Positions 24,020 through 36,479 of a stretch of 64,000 nucleotides of DNA are shown here, in pieces. The translations under genes were made by a program, and so were the position numbers. The DNA comes from Somniosus microcephalus (taxonomy: Eukaryota), in contig CM126220.1 of NCBI GenBank assembly GCA_052327205.1, positions 42,718,001 to 42,782,000 on the forward strand, given 5' to 3'. How positions within the stretch are numbered: the stretch's first letter is position 1; every line of letters begins with the position of its first letter. Below the pieces are notes generated by a model. The model saw nothing but the letters and a program-made list of their open reading frames with translations, was not told the origin of the DNA and did no database searches.

Positions 24020-26076
24020 GAAAAGACAGCCATCCGTGGCTAAATAAAGTAATAAAGGATAGTATCCGACTGGAAACAAGGGCATATAAAGTAGCCAAAT
24101 CTAGTGGGAGGATAGAAGATTGGGAAGCATTTAAAAGCCAGCAAAGAATAACTAAAAGATTAATTAAGAAAGGGAAGATAGATTGTGAAAGTAAACCAGC
24201 AAAAAATATAAAAACAGATAGCAAAAGTTTCTACAGTTATATAAAAAGAAAAAGGTGGCTAAAGTGAATGTTGGTCCCTTAGAGGACGAGACCGGGAAAT
24301 TAGTGGTGGGGAACATGGAGTTGGCAGAAACGCTGAACAAATATTTTGTATCAGTCTTTACAGTAGAGGACACTAAAAATATCCCAACACTGGACAAACA
24401 GGGGGCTATAGTGGGGGAGGAGCTAAACACAATTAAAATCACTAAGGAGATGGTACTCGGTAAGATAATGGGACTTAAGGCGGATAAATCCCCTGGACCT
24501 GATGGCTTACATCCTAGGGTCCCGAGAGAAGTAGCGGTAGGGATTGCGGATGCATTGGTGGTAATTTTCCAAAACTCCCTGGATTCAGGAAAGGTCCCAG
24601 CAGATTGGAAAACTGCTAATGTAACGCCCTTATTTAAAAAGGGAGGTAGACAAAAGGCTGGAAACTATAGACCAGTTAGCCTAACATCTGTGGTTGGTAA
24701 AATGTTGGAGTCCATTATTAAGGAAGCAGTAACAGGACATTTGGATAAGCATCATTTAATCGGACAGAGTCAGCATGGTTTTATGAAGGGGAAGTCATGT
24801 TTGACAAATTTGCTCGAATTCTTTGAGGATGTAACAAACAGGGTGGATAAAGGGGAACCAGTGGATGTGGTGTATTTGGACTTCCAAAAGGCATTTGACA
24901 AGGTGCCACACAAAAGATTACTGCACAAGATAAAAAATCATGGGATTGGGGGTAATATACTGGAGGTGGAAGATTGGCTATCTAACAGAAAACAGAGAGT
25001 TGGGATAAATGGTTCATTCTCGGGTTGGCAATCAGTGACTAGTGGTGTTCCGCAGAGGTCAGTGCTGGGACCCCAACTCTTTACAATCTATATTAACGAT
25101 TTGGAGGAGGGGACCAAGTGCAACGTATCCAAGTTTGCCGACGATACAAAGATGGGAGGGAAAGCAGTGAGTGAGGAGGACATAAAAAACCTGCAAAAGG
25201 ACATAGACAGGCTAAGTGAGTGGGCAGAAATTTGGCAGATGGAATATAATGTTGGAAAGTGTGAGGTTATACACTTTGGCAGAAAAAATCAAAGAGCAAG
25301 TTATTATCTAAATGGAGAGAAACTGCAAAGTGCTACAGTACAAAGGGATCTGGGGGTCCTGGTGCATGAAACACAGAAGGTTAGTATGCAGGTACAGCAG
25401 GTGATCAGGAAGGCCAATGGAATCTTGGCTTTTACTGCAAAGGGGATGGAGTATAAAAGCAGGGAAGTCTTGCTGCAGTTATACAGGGTACTGGTGAGGC
25501 CACACCTGGAATATTGCATACAGTTTTGGTTTCCATATGTAAGAAAAGATATACTTGCTCTCGAGGCAGTTCAGAGAAGGTTCACTCAGTTGATTCCAGA
25601 GGTGAGGGGGTTGACTTATGAGGAAAGGTTGAGTAGGTTGGGCCTCTACTCATTGGAATTCAGAAGAATGAGAGGCGATCTTATCGAAACATATAAGATT
25701 GTGAGGGGGCTTGATCGGGTGGATGCAGGGAGGATGTTTCCACTGATGGGTGAGACTAGAACTAGGGGGCATAATCTTAGAATAAGGGGCTGCCTTTTCA
25801 AAACAGAGGTGAGGAGAAACTTCTTCACACAGAGGGTAGTAAATCTATGGAATTTGCTACCTCAGAGAGCTGTGGAAGCTGCGACATTAAATAAATTTAA
25901 AACGGAGATAGACAGTTTCCTAGCTGATAATGGAATTAGGGGTTACGGGGAGCGGGCAGGGAAGTGGACGTGAGTCTAGGTTCGGATCAGCCATGATCCT
26001 ATTGAATGGCGGAGCAGGCCCGAGGGGCCGTATGGCCTACTCCTGCTCCTACTTCTTATGTTCTTATGTTCTTATG
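24020..26076 (+). mobile_element. CR1 LINE, 5'-truncated (about 2 kb)
   Basis: RT ORF followed by a 3' UTR and (TTCTTATG)3 tail; no endonuclease domain or ORF1. Confidence 0.95.
24255..25973 (+). pseudogene. CR1 ORF2 reverse transcriptase domain (open for 572 aa, N-terminally truncated)
   Basis: KSPGPDG, NYRPVSLTS, QHGF, YLDFQKAFDKV, GVPQRSVLGP (usually QGS), FADD motifs; frameshifted upstream part in ORF 23881-24267. Confidence 0.9.
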
Positions 26077-27743
26077 AGCTCATGTTCTGAGTTGGCTTAA
26101 ATTCACACTGTGCATGCCCAATTTGCAGGCTAGCCTGCACCTGCAGCACCAAAGGGCTGGTCTGGCCCAATTTTCAGAGGGAAGCTGACCATAGGCAAGC
26201 AAAAAGCTTGCCCAGAGAGCCTGACCTGCAACACACCTGGTGGGGATCGGAAAATCTAGCCCGACAGCAGTTTTTAAAGGGCTGCAGCTAGCTAGTCAAG
26301 GCCAAGTTGAGACGGGGGAGGGGGGGGGGCCCAGAAAAATTGATTAATTGACCACAATGCCACAGAGGAGACGTGTTGGCAATAGTGTTTGCTTTCTTGC
26401 AATCCCTTGCATCCAGCTGTACATGGAGGTGGGGGGGGGGGATGTTTGATGGTATCAGGAGGAAGCTGCATGCTCCTTGCTGTTGCACACGTTTCCTGCG
26501 GGGTCCATCAAACAGGACACAAGCTTAAGGTGGGAATGCCCACATCATCTGGGAGGTACCATTTCCAGCACTGTACACAACTGATTTGTTTTTGAACACA
26601 CACTTTCATTGTGCCAAACCTAGTGGCACACTTTGCAGCTGGGGGCAATGGACGTGGTGCACTAAACAGCTGTTCGTGCTTTCAGCTCAAGACTCTCCTC
26701 TGGTGTTAGAGAGTTTCTCAGCGGAGTCGGCAGCTATGGAATGCCCGAGCGGCCTAAGAGCCATTCCTTTCACCTCATGTTTCTTCTCCTTATAGAGGAT
26801 GCAGCCACTGTGGACTGCTGCTTACTGATGAATTAATGACTGCTTGCTGGATAACAGTCGTTAACATGCATTAGTAACAGTTTTGTGGTCAGATATGACC
26901 TGAACATTAATTGTCTCAACCCCTTGCTCTTTATGAAGGCCAGCAGGTTAATCCTGGCAGCAAGGGCCCTCAAAAAATGCACCCTTTCATGTGAGCTGGG
27001 TTTGCCCAAGTCAACTAGATATATAAATGAGGTCAGAGGGGAGTTTCCAAGTAACTGGCTCAGGCATCCTGCGGGGAAATGGACAATGAAGTAATAGAAT
27101 ACCTAACTAGCAAAGGATGTTCATTGATATGCTAACAGTAATTATTATGCTAACATATGCCCATACATCAACAGACTGAGTCTGCAAAACTGCATTCACA
27201 ACCCTTATAGGTAAGGATTTCCTGCACTTTAAATCACCATAATTGAGACCATGTTTATGTCAAATGGTGTGAACTATTTGCAACGAACTCCCACCTGAGC
27301 AAAGACACATGTAAACAAACTGGCCTGATCTAGGCAAACAGAGATAAATCAACATGGGTGGCATTCCACATTACTTCACGTTAAACAAAATTGAATATTA
27401 GCATTCTGCATGTCACAGGGAATATTCATGGGAAGTGACTTTTCCGTCTAATTAATTCAGGGCAGCTTCACCACTCACACAGTAAATATTTGTGAACTTT
27501 CAGAATTTGCAAAGATGTTTTTCTTTGGCACAATGATTAAATAATGCTGCGCAGGCAATTCTCTTCTCTCTCCAGCATTAAGTTCTCCTTTAATTTCCAA
27601 ATGGTTACAAAAGAAATTATAATTATCTCGATACTGTAATGAGCCTCATAACTTTTTGCTGTGTCAGAGCTTGGTCAAATGATCACAGCCAGCAATGGGG
27701 GAAAGTGACTGCAAAAGAAACTCAATAAACACAGTGCTCCATC

Positions 27744-29300
27744 ACATAGAATTTTACAGCACAGACACAGGCCATTTGGCCCAACAGGTCTATGCCGGTG
27801 GTTGTGCTCCACATGTAGGATTCGCAAAATCCAGAAAATACAGTCTAGATTGGTAAAACCCCTGAAATGGCCACATTGTGAGAACACAAGATGGAGGTGG
27901 CAGTTCTCATGGCTCAGTTCAAAAGGACACACCAGCAGTATCTTACAGCAGCCTGAGTCATCACCGATTAGAAGATTCCAGAACTTACTGCTATTGATAT
28001 GATAATATGGTTACAGCAGTAACGAACTCGTAAACAAAAGTATTTGCACCTGGAGGTGCGCTAATTGCTAGCAAAACGCAAACCCATCTCTGAAATCGCT
28101 GAGCACAGAAAAAAAAAACATTATCTGTACCAAACTCAGAGGGACACAGGACAGATCCCATCAGTTTCATTTACAAGACATTAAAATAAAGTACTTGCTT
28201 TTGTCAAAGCAGCCTGCCCATTACCTTGACAAAAGAAAACCCCTGATTTGGCGCCGAGATAAGGGCAAGGAAACAGTATAACTGTTGAGGGAAAATCGAC
28301 AGCAAGACATTCATTCAGTGAGCTTCAGACAGATCCATCACAGATTCACACAGACACGAGGTCAAGGACAGAGCGAGGAGGACCCACAAGATTGTGCAGG
28401 AGAGCAGATTCAGAAGTTCAGTCCAGATCCAAGACCATCAGGAGTTTGAAGGCCGAGTGGAGAGGAGACGGTTCGAGGAGTTCGGAGGACTTTTAAGATT
28501 GTGCAGGAGAGAGATTCAGCCAGACTCAGACAGATCCACAAGATTCACCAGAAGCAGTGAAGTCCAAGTCCAGATACCATCAGGAGTTCGAAGACCGTGC
28601 GGAAGAGGAGACGGCTCGAGGAGTTCGGAGGACTTCCAAGTTTGTGCAGGAGAGTGGGTCCAGGAGCCGGTCCCATAAGGAAGATTGGAGATCCCGGACG
28701 TAACAAGGAGTACCAAGGTCCAGGAGGGTTTTAAAATTCTGGTGAGCATAAAGGCCCAACTCTACCTAACTGACATAGTTGAGGTATATTTTAGCAACGG
28801 GAGGGTTTGTAACATTAAGGGTTTTGTAATTCAGGAGTGTGATTTATCCCTCGATGTGTCCGTGCGCTTTTCCCACCCCCGTTTTAGTATACCGCTGATT
28901 AAGAATTGTTGTATGATTTAAGATAGTCAAAGTTATTCCTTGTGTGTTAAATTTTAGTTCCCATTGGGAGACGTGCTAATGATTTTTGTCTAAATTGATT
29001 CTTGCATTCTCTGTGTTTATTCTCCTTGAAAATAAAGATATTTCTGATTTAAAACTCACCTTGTCTCACCTGATCCATTTGTCTTCCGAGTCACAAGTTG
29101 GGCCACACATCAAGGTTGTCTGGCAATAAGCCCAGTGTCTAGAACCGGTGAGGGGGGAGCGCTTCGGAACCGCTCACGAGCAGTGCGAAATCAAAACCGA
29201 TCTAGCACACCATAAGCTCGTTAAAACGACCCCTTACACACATGAGCCTCCTCCCACCATACTTCCTCTCACCCTATCAACATATCCTTCCAATTACCCA
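27744..29300 (-). mobile_element. Short CR1-type 3' tail interrupted by the solo LTR at 27814-29238
   Basis: ACAGGCCATTTGGCCCAAC...GCTCCACA resumes as CACATGAGCCTCCTCC..CTATCA after the LTR, matching the uninterrupted tail at 58860-58970. Confidence 0.65.
27814..29238 (+). mobile_element. Long solo LTR (1425 bp; ERV-like or Gypsy)
   Basis: TGTAGG...CCTTACA termini; exact 4-bp TSD CACA (27810-27813, 29239-29242); TATAA 28277, internal tandem repeats 28387-28654, AATAAA 29031-29036. Confidence 0.85.
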
Positions 29301-30530
29301 ATGGGAATGGTGAATTCAAAATATTTCTGTGCTGATAATAAAACATACACCCTGCTCTTCAGTGCCTGAATCAAAGCCTGTATTGTAATGGGGACTTCAA
29401 TGTTACAGCATACAAATTAGCAATTTGTAAGCAACATATTAGATATACTGCACCGCACTGCAATGCAACACTAGAAAATCTTACTGGGTTTAGAGTTTGC
29501 CCCGTGGATTGAATCGGAGGTGTAATGCATTTTTAATCAAAATTCCATTCTGAGTCGATAGGATCCTGCAGAATATTCTAATAGATACCTTAGTAAAGAA
29601 GTCATTATAATTTGCAATAAGTAATTTATTGCTGGCATGAACCAACACTCAATCACTGCAACGTCGTAAAATATAAATGTTTTCTTTTGAAATTTTATTC
29701 CAAAAATCTAGCATTTAAACTCCAATGGATATAGCTGAGAAAATGTTACGTCCCAATTGGAATTCAGGAATAGAAATAGTACAAAGCTGTGTGCTAACCA
29801 GGGGATGAGAGATGATGGATTGATGTCTGTAGGCCTAGACAATCTGAGCTTCATCCTGGGTTTCAATTAGTTCAAAAGCACCATTTGCTCAGTTCCACTG
29901 AGGCCTGTCAGAGGCTTCACAGTGGGTTCCTTGGCTGTCCAATGATTCATGTTCCACTGCAACTGTCCAACAGATTTGATAGCTGTAGTCACACACTAGT
30001 TCCACGAGGGAACCCAACTCATGACTCCTACTGACAAGTTAGTTCACAGAAGGCAGGGCTCCAACCCAAGATTCAAGAGTGATGTGAAATAGGAATAGAT
30101 TCAAAATCAGAACCCCCTCCAAATGCCTTAAAGGAGACCATGAGGCACCAATACATGCAGGAAATTACCACTATCATTAGCATAGTGGAATCCAAAAATA
30201 CACTTAGAATGACACCATTTTAAAAATCAGATTAAGCCCATGCCCTGTGCCTCAGGCGTGCATTTGATATACTCAAACAGGGAGACTATTGTATTTTGTC
30301 TAAGCTAGCTGATATCCCATGGTGCCACTCATGGACAAAAATAAAAACACAATTTATTTTGCTGCCTCTCTGCTTCTCTTCCACTCTCTAGTTCTTTCAG
30401 TTTCCCTCTAACCACTTTTCTGTATATCTTCCACTCTTTTGTATGTGCTTATCAACTTATTTTAGAGGTCACTTCCTTCACCATTAAATGCACATACTGT
30501 ACACATTTGCTTCCTGATTAGTGGAGAAAT

Positions 30531-30750
30531 TGGCCCTGAACTTGTGGTCGGAGGCTTCCCGCGGGGAAATGCCTCCGATCCGCAAATAAAATGCCCGTGT
30601 ACGTGGGGCCTCGGGATCCAGAGACTCGTGGCCCTGGGGCCTCTCCGGATGCCCGCGGGCAAAGGCCCACGTATCTCAGGGGCGCAGGCGGTTCGCGAGC
30701 GCCCCTGGGATCACGTGGGCCGACCCAACCAATGACAGAAGGGAATCCCC
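30531..30750. mobile_element. Left arm of a MITE related to MITE C
   Basis: GGCTTCCC.CGGG and GGGATCACGTG...AACCAAT blocks shared with 11134-11316; ends abruptly at the L2 tail. Confidence 0.55.
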
Positions 30751-31140
30751 AACAACAACTTGATTTATATGATGCCTTTAATGTAGTAAAACTTCCCAAG
30801 GCGCTTCACAGGAGCGTTATCAAACAAAATTTGATACCGAGCCACACAAGGAGATATTAGGACAGATGACTGAAAGCTTGGACAAAGAGGTAAGTTTTAA
30901 GCAACGTCTTAAAGGAGAGAGAGAGAGAGAGAGAGAGAGAGGTAGAGAGGCAGAAAGGTTTAGGGAGAAAATTCCAGCGTTTAGGGCATAGGCAGCTGAA
31001 AGCATGGCTACCAATGGTAGAGTGATTAAAATAAGGGATGCGCAAGAGGCCAGAATTGGAGGAGCGCAGAAATCTCAGAGGGTTTTAGGGCTGGAGGAGG
31101 TTACAGAGATAGGGAGGGCGAGGCCAAGAAGGGATTTGAA

Positions 31141-31462
31141 AGCACGGTGGCATAGTGGTTAGCACTGTTGCCTCACAGCGCCAGGGACCTGGGTTCGAAT
31201 CCGGCCTCGGGTGACTGTCTGTGTGGAGTTTGCACATTCTCCCCGTGTTTGCGTGGGTTTTCTCCGGGTGCTCCGGTTTCCTCCCACAGTCCAAAGATGT
31301 GCGGGTTAGGTTGATTGGCTATGATAAATTGACCCTTAGTGTTAGGGGGATTAAATACGTGGGGTTACAGGAATCAGGTGGGATATGTGTCGGTGCAGAC
31401 TCGATGGGCCGAAATGGCCTCTATCTGCACTGTGGGGTTTCTGTGATTCTGTGATTTCTGTG
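31141..31462 (+). mobile_element. tRNA-derived V-SINE (HE1-like shark SINE)
   Basis: Box A TGGCATAGTGG, box B GGTTCGAATCC, V-domain CTGTGTGGAGTTTGCACATTCTCCCCGTG...CTCCGGTTTCCTCCCACAGTCCAAAGA, CR1-like tail with (ATTCTGTG)-like repeats. Confidence 0.85.
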
Positions 31463-31751
31463 AAAATTTTAAAATACAGTAGTGGCATTGCCGGACCGGG
31501 ACCAATGTAGGTCAGCGAGCACAGGGGTGATAAGTGAACGGGACTTGGTGCGAGTTAGGATTCTGGCAGCAGAGTTTTGGATGAGCTCAAGTTTATGGAG
31601 GCAATAAGATGGGAGGCTGGTCAGGAGAGCGTTGGAATAGTCAAGTCTCGAGGTATCAAAGACATGGATGAGGGTTTCAACAGCAGATGAGCTGAGGTGG
31701 GGCGCAGTTGGGCAAGGTTACGGAGTGGAAATAGGCGCAGATATGTGGTCA

Positions 31752-32350
31752 TAACATAAGACGTAGGAGCAGGAGTAGGTCATTTAGCCCCTCGAGCCTG
31801 CTCCGCCATTCAATAAGATCATGGCTGATCTGATCTTGGCCTCAACTCTACTTCCCTGCCCGCTCCCTTACCTTTCAAAAATCTGTCTCTCTCCACCTTT
31901 AATATATTCAATGACCCAGCCTCCACAGCTCTCTGGGGTAGAGAATTCCAAAGGTTCACGACCCTCTGAGAGAAGAAATTCCTCCTCATTTCTGTTTTAA
32001 ATGGGTGCCCCCTTATTCTGAAATTATGCCCCCTAGTTCTAGATTCCCCCACGAGGGGAAACATCCTCTCTGCATCTACCCTGTCAAGCCCCTTCAGAAT
32101 CTTATATGTTTCAATAAGATCCCCTCTCATTCTTCTAAACTCCAATGAGTATAGGCCCAACCTGCTCAGCCTTTCTTCACAAGACAACCCCTTCATCTCC
32201 AGAATGAACCTCGTGAACCTTCTCTGAACTGCCTCCAATGCAAGTATATCCTTCCTTAAATAAGGAGACCAAAACTGTACGCAGTAGTCCAGGTGTGGTC
32301 TCACCAATGCCCTGTACAGTTATAACAGGACTTCCCTACTTTTATACTCA
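31752..32350 (-). mobile_element. CR1 LINE 3' fragment
   Basis: ORF 31819-32307 VRPHLDYCVQFWSPYLRKDILALEAVQRRF... plus CR1 tail. Confidence 0.9.
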
Positions 32351-32910
32351 TCTCAGGGTCAATTATGACACCAAGGTTGCGAATGGTTTGGTTCAGCCTC
32401 AGACAGTTGCCATACATCACTTTCAGGATGGGTCTGCACAGCAGCATTATAGATATAGTTCATGCTGTACTTGAGGTTTCCTTTTTATTATTTGACTAAA
32501 TGTTTACAATTCACTAATTCAATTGAAGATCCGATTGAATTGCACCCATTATATACACTCTTTATTCAATGAAAGTTTAATCATTTTTGGCTGTACAAAA
32601 AAAAATTATTGGCATTTGAACCTAAACATAGTTTAATGGCATTTTGACATTTAGACAAAATCCATACAGGTTACTCTAGTTAAAAGCAAGTCACTTAAGA
32701 GCAATTTGTTCTATGTACGAATGCTTCAATCAACTAACAATGGAATTGAGTGGGTTGTGTTCGGTAAATGGATTCAGGTGAAAGAGAAGTGCAAGCAACT
32801 GGAGCAAAAGAAACAAAAAATGTTTAGAATTTGAAGTGAAAATGTGAGGTACAGTACTTGCTTCTGCCTCTGTACTTGCTTAAAAACTGTTTATTCGCCA
32901 ACTTCGTCTC

Positions 32911-32945
32911 GTTCTGACGAAAGGTCACTGACCTGAAACGTCAAC
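32911..32945 (+). ncRNA. Minimal type I hammerhead ribozyme motif in a Penelope-like pseudo-LTR fragment
   Basis: GTT-CTGACGA-AAGGTCACTGACCT-GAAAC-GTC-AAC: intact CUGANGA and GAAA boxes, stem II AGGTC/GACCT, palindromic ACGT stem III, GUC triplet, short stem I GTT/AAC. Confidence 0.55.
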
Positions 32946-33155
32946 TTGGCTGCTGCCTGACCTGCTGAGTATTTCCAGCACTTTCTGTTTTTATTATGAG
33001 AGGTACACACTTCACAAAAAAAAACTCATTTAAACTGTCTGACTCTGATGAAAAATTTAAATGAATGCAAAAATATACGGAAGAATATTAAAAAATACGG
33101 ACACAACTTTTATGGGTCTGCTTTAGAAAAAGCATTCAGATGGCTAATTAGACAT

Positions 33156-33978
33156 GGGGGCCTAGAAATTCGATGGCCCTTCGCCTGTTTTACAGGCGTA
33201 GATAGGGCACAACAGGGTCCTTTACGGCGGGCGGCACCCCACACACATTAAGCACTGGAAGTGTGCCATCCACCATACTGGTATAGGCATCAAAAGAGGC
33301 ATGCAGGGCTCACACCTGAAACAGGCATTCGGGACTTTACATATGCAAATAAAGGGCCCAATAACCATTTGAGGCCCCCTTTGCCAAATTGGTTTGCCCT
33401 GAATGCTGCGTTCATAAAACATGGTCTACATATGGCCTAACCAGCGGTCCTTAAAGGACAACTAAGTTTTGTAAAATATAGAGTCGGGAGTACCATTGCT
33501 GGCTCCCACTCGGCCCCCTCCTGATTGCACCCCTCCCTTTCCCGATCGCTACCTCCCTCCCCTCGTGTCATTGCCGCTCGCCCGCACGACCCCCTCCTGA
33601 TCACTCCCTTCCCCCTCCCGATTGTTCCCCCCTCTCCCAGCTCCTACCGGAGGGTTGCTTCCTGCGACGCAGCAGCCCAAAATTGAAATCCTCTTTGCCG
33701 GCAGTCTGCCTGGGGATGCCCAGCAGGTATCCGGGGCTCCCGGTCTCATGTAAATGAGGCCCAAGGCCTACCTGTTCCATCCGGTGCAGGGATCGATCCC
33801 TGCCACCAGTTTCTATACCATAAGCTTTGAAACTCCTCCAGCGTAGCGGCACGGGAATCTGGGGGCGGAATCTGGGGCGAGGCCCAGTTAGGCGAGTTAC
33901 GCCAGGTCTCCGTTCTGATTTTTTGTTCGTCGACAAGACCGCCTAAATTGTGGTTTGGCACTTCTTACACAGGCCCCT
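33156..33978. mobile_element. GC-rich Harbinger-type non-autonomous element (right end uncertain)
   Basis: Starts GGGGGCCTAGAAATT, like the TIRs at 11113 and 58573; CpG-rich body in AT-rich flanks. Confidence 0.5.
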
Positions 33979-34739
33979 CTTCCATGCAGAGGTCACAGAA
34001 AGACCCAAGAGTGTAAAACTGAGATAGTAAGATTATAGATGGAAATACACAAGAATGTAAAAGAAACAGGCCAGGAACACATGGCATTCACCCAGGAGCA
34101 GAGCCATTACACTGAATCTGACATCCACATAATGATTGAATACATTCATTCAGCCTCAGTCCAATTGCTGGTGCTGCAGACAGATATTTATAGCACATCA
34201 ACTACCCTCAAATTTAGCACTTACTCAACAATTTCACTCGGGCATAAGTGTAGACTGGGAAGGTCCACTAATGCAGATTGAAAACATGGCCTATTGTCCA
34301 ACCATTTTAGGGGCATGCGACCTCTCTCATATCCAACTGGAAAGTACTTAACAGATTTCCTTGCTTTGTCAATTAACTCCATTTGCTGAATGAAGACAAT
34401 TTAAAAAAAATTAAGAGTTGTTTACATAAACACAAACTTGTTGTCTGCTGCCTGCCTCGTTTATGTTCCTGGTTTTCTTATATATCTAGGGACGAAATTT
34501 CAATTTAATGAACAACAGGCAAATGCTTGTGTTTTGACTAATTAATGACCCACTAATGAACCTTCACAGCTTTGGATTTCAGAGAATATGATTTTATTAG
34601 TGGATCATTAATTACAGAGAAATACAGGCATTCTCCAGTCATTCATCAAATGAAGAATTATTGCCCTCCTCCCTCCCGCAACCCTGTTACCTGACGTCAG
34701 TGGAAAAGACAATCGGGCAAAGTGTCAATCTCATTCTCA

Positions 34740-34850
34740 CACGGACTGCAGCTGTTCAAGAAGGTGGCTCACCACCACCTTCTCAAGGGCAATTAGGGAT
34801 GGGCAATAAATGCTGGCCTTGCCAACGTCGCATAAAAACGAATTTAAAAA
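34740..34850 (+). mobile_element. Short LINE 3' end of the same family as 41685-42410
   Basis: GGACTGCAGC.GTTCAAGAAGG.GGCTCACCACCACCTTCTCAAGGGCAATTAGGGATGGGCAATAAATGCTG is the reverse complement of 41730-41805. Confidence 0.75.
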
Positions 34851-35327
34851 AAGATTACAGATATCTCAGGCTAAATATTACATGTCGATATGTTTGAAGT
34901 TCTTTTAGTCATTATATTTACTGAAATAATACTTTAAACTCATCTTCAGAACTTAACTAGATTGCTGTGCGAACATGGAGTGCAGTACTTTTCATGATTT
35001 GTCTCAACTTAGTACACGCAGTGAAGAGTAGATGATAAGATTCCTAATGACATTCCTGGGAGACATTATGTGACAAATACTTAAGAGCCAAGGTTGGTGA
35101 AAATGAAATTATGGCCTATCAATGTGCTTGTAATAATAGAGGCAACTGTTAATAAAGGAGCTGATCACACACTTTCAATTCACTCTCTGATGCCAAATCA
35201 ATTTCCAACTCATTTACGAATAGAACTTGGATACTTCTGATTGAATTACAATACAGTACTTGCCTGTAGAAGTACTCATGCCCAAGAAGTCATTGGAGGA
35301 AAAGATGTTCAATTTTTAAAAAACCAT

Positions 35328-36086
35328 GGGGGAGAAATTCGTTTGGTTGCGCCACCCATTAGCACCTTAAGAGGGCGCTAAGTGGGTCGCAAGCCAATTA
35401 GCGCCCGGGCGCAGCACTGCCCACGCCTCCCGCTAAATTCCGTGGGACGTTAATGGTGGTGCTAACCGTTAGCGCTGCGCCGCTGCGATGACGTCATCAG
35501 TGTGCGCAGCGCCCTGGCCGCGATATTCGGCGGCGTCCCCTGATTTACCGCCGGACGCTATGTCTGACGGGTTAAGGGGGGCCTACCTGCGGCCGGGGAG
35601 GCGCAAATTAAAGGCGAGGTGCGGGGCGGCCATTTTTGTTGTTGGCCGCCTGCCAGCACCTGCCTGCGCTCCCGTTCCCGGCCTCCTGAACCCCGCCCCC
35701 CCCCCCCCCCCGTGGAGTGCCGGCTGCGCTCCAAGAGCCCGGCACTTCTCTTCGGTGCCGGGCTCTTTTGCCTGCACTCCCGATCCTCGGGGGCCAGCTG
35801 GGCCCCAGATCGCGCTGCACAAGGCCCCTCCGCTTTAAGAAGGGGAAGAAGGCCTGCAATACCGCAGCGCAACGTGCCGCAGCATGTGACGCTGCAGCAC
35901 GTTGCGCCATGATATTCACTCGCAGCACCCAAAGAGGGATGCAGGGCGCCTCCAGTAGCGCCGCGCTTCCCTTTGGGGCGCAACCACTCAATTTCCGGTG
36001 CGGGGGCGCAAATGTTTCTGGGGCGCTACTTTTAGCGACCTGGCGAGGCTGGCGCCCCCAACAGGGCTGTACTCAATTTCTCCCCC
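35328..36086. mobile_element. GC/CpG-rich PIF/Harbinger-type MITE
   Basis: Perfect 12-bp TIRs GGGGGAGAAATT / AATTTCTCCCCC; many subterminal TAGCGC/GCGCTA motifs; TSD ambiguous. Confidence 0.8.
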
Positions 36087-36479
36087 ATATTCCTTATTGA
36101 GTTTCGCAGAGGGCAAACAGTGTGTGACAATTAATAATGCAAAATAGTGTACAAAATCCATAAGTGACAGGGGCCGTAGTTCACGTCACTGTGGAGTGTT
36201 GTCCCATTTCCACGCAAAACTTGAAAATAAAAATCAACAATGGTTGCCTGATTTGAACCCGATTTGCGGGGTGCAAATTCTTCGGCGCCCACTTTCAAGC
36301 GCGAAACAAGCGATGTGGCTGCAATGCACGCCCAAACCAGGAGCCCCGAGGCTGGTCCAGAATTAGATCAACTAAATATTCCGGGCGAGTTACTGGCCTC
36401 CACGGGCAGCTCTCACTTCTGCAGCAATGAATTTCAGGTTGTTGCCTTGCTAGTGGCGGCCACAGGTAAGAGCCTGGGG

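Larger units (their letters stand above)
30751..32410 (-). mobile_element. L2-type LINE 3' fragment interrupted by a SINE (31141-31462) and a CR1 (31752-32350)
   Basis: Minus-strand peptide HAFS....WNFLP...SLSFKTLLKTYLF, typical of the L2 ORF2 end; tail resembles the Deu-SINE tail; (GA)n microsatellite at about 30915-30940. Confidence 0.7.

Noticed and set aside
24255-25973. Domesticated or active reverse transcriptase gene
   Set aside because: A 5'-truncated CR1 lacking endonuclease and ORF1, with a frameshift just upstream and an altered QGS motif; the open frame most likely reflects young age.
28387-28654. CRISPR-like repeat-spacer array
   Set aside because: Imperfect long tandem duplications within an LTR; no constant repeat with unique spacers and no cas genes; eukaryotic context.
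31141-31215. tRNA gene (also 62405-62477 and the Deu-SINE heads)
   Set aside because: A and B boxes are present, but the sequence runs directly into SINE body and lacks a full cloverleaf and terminator.
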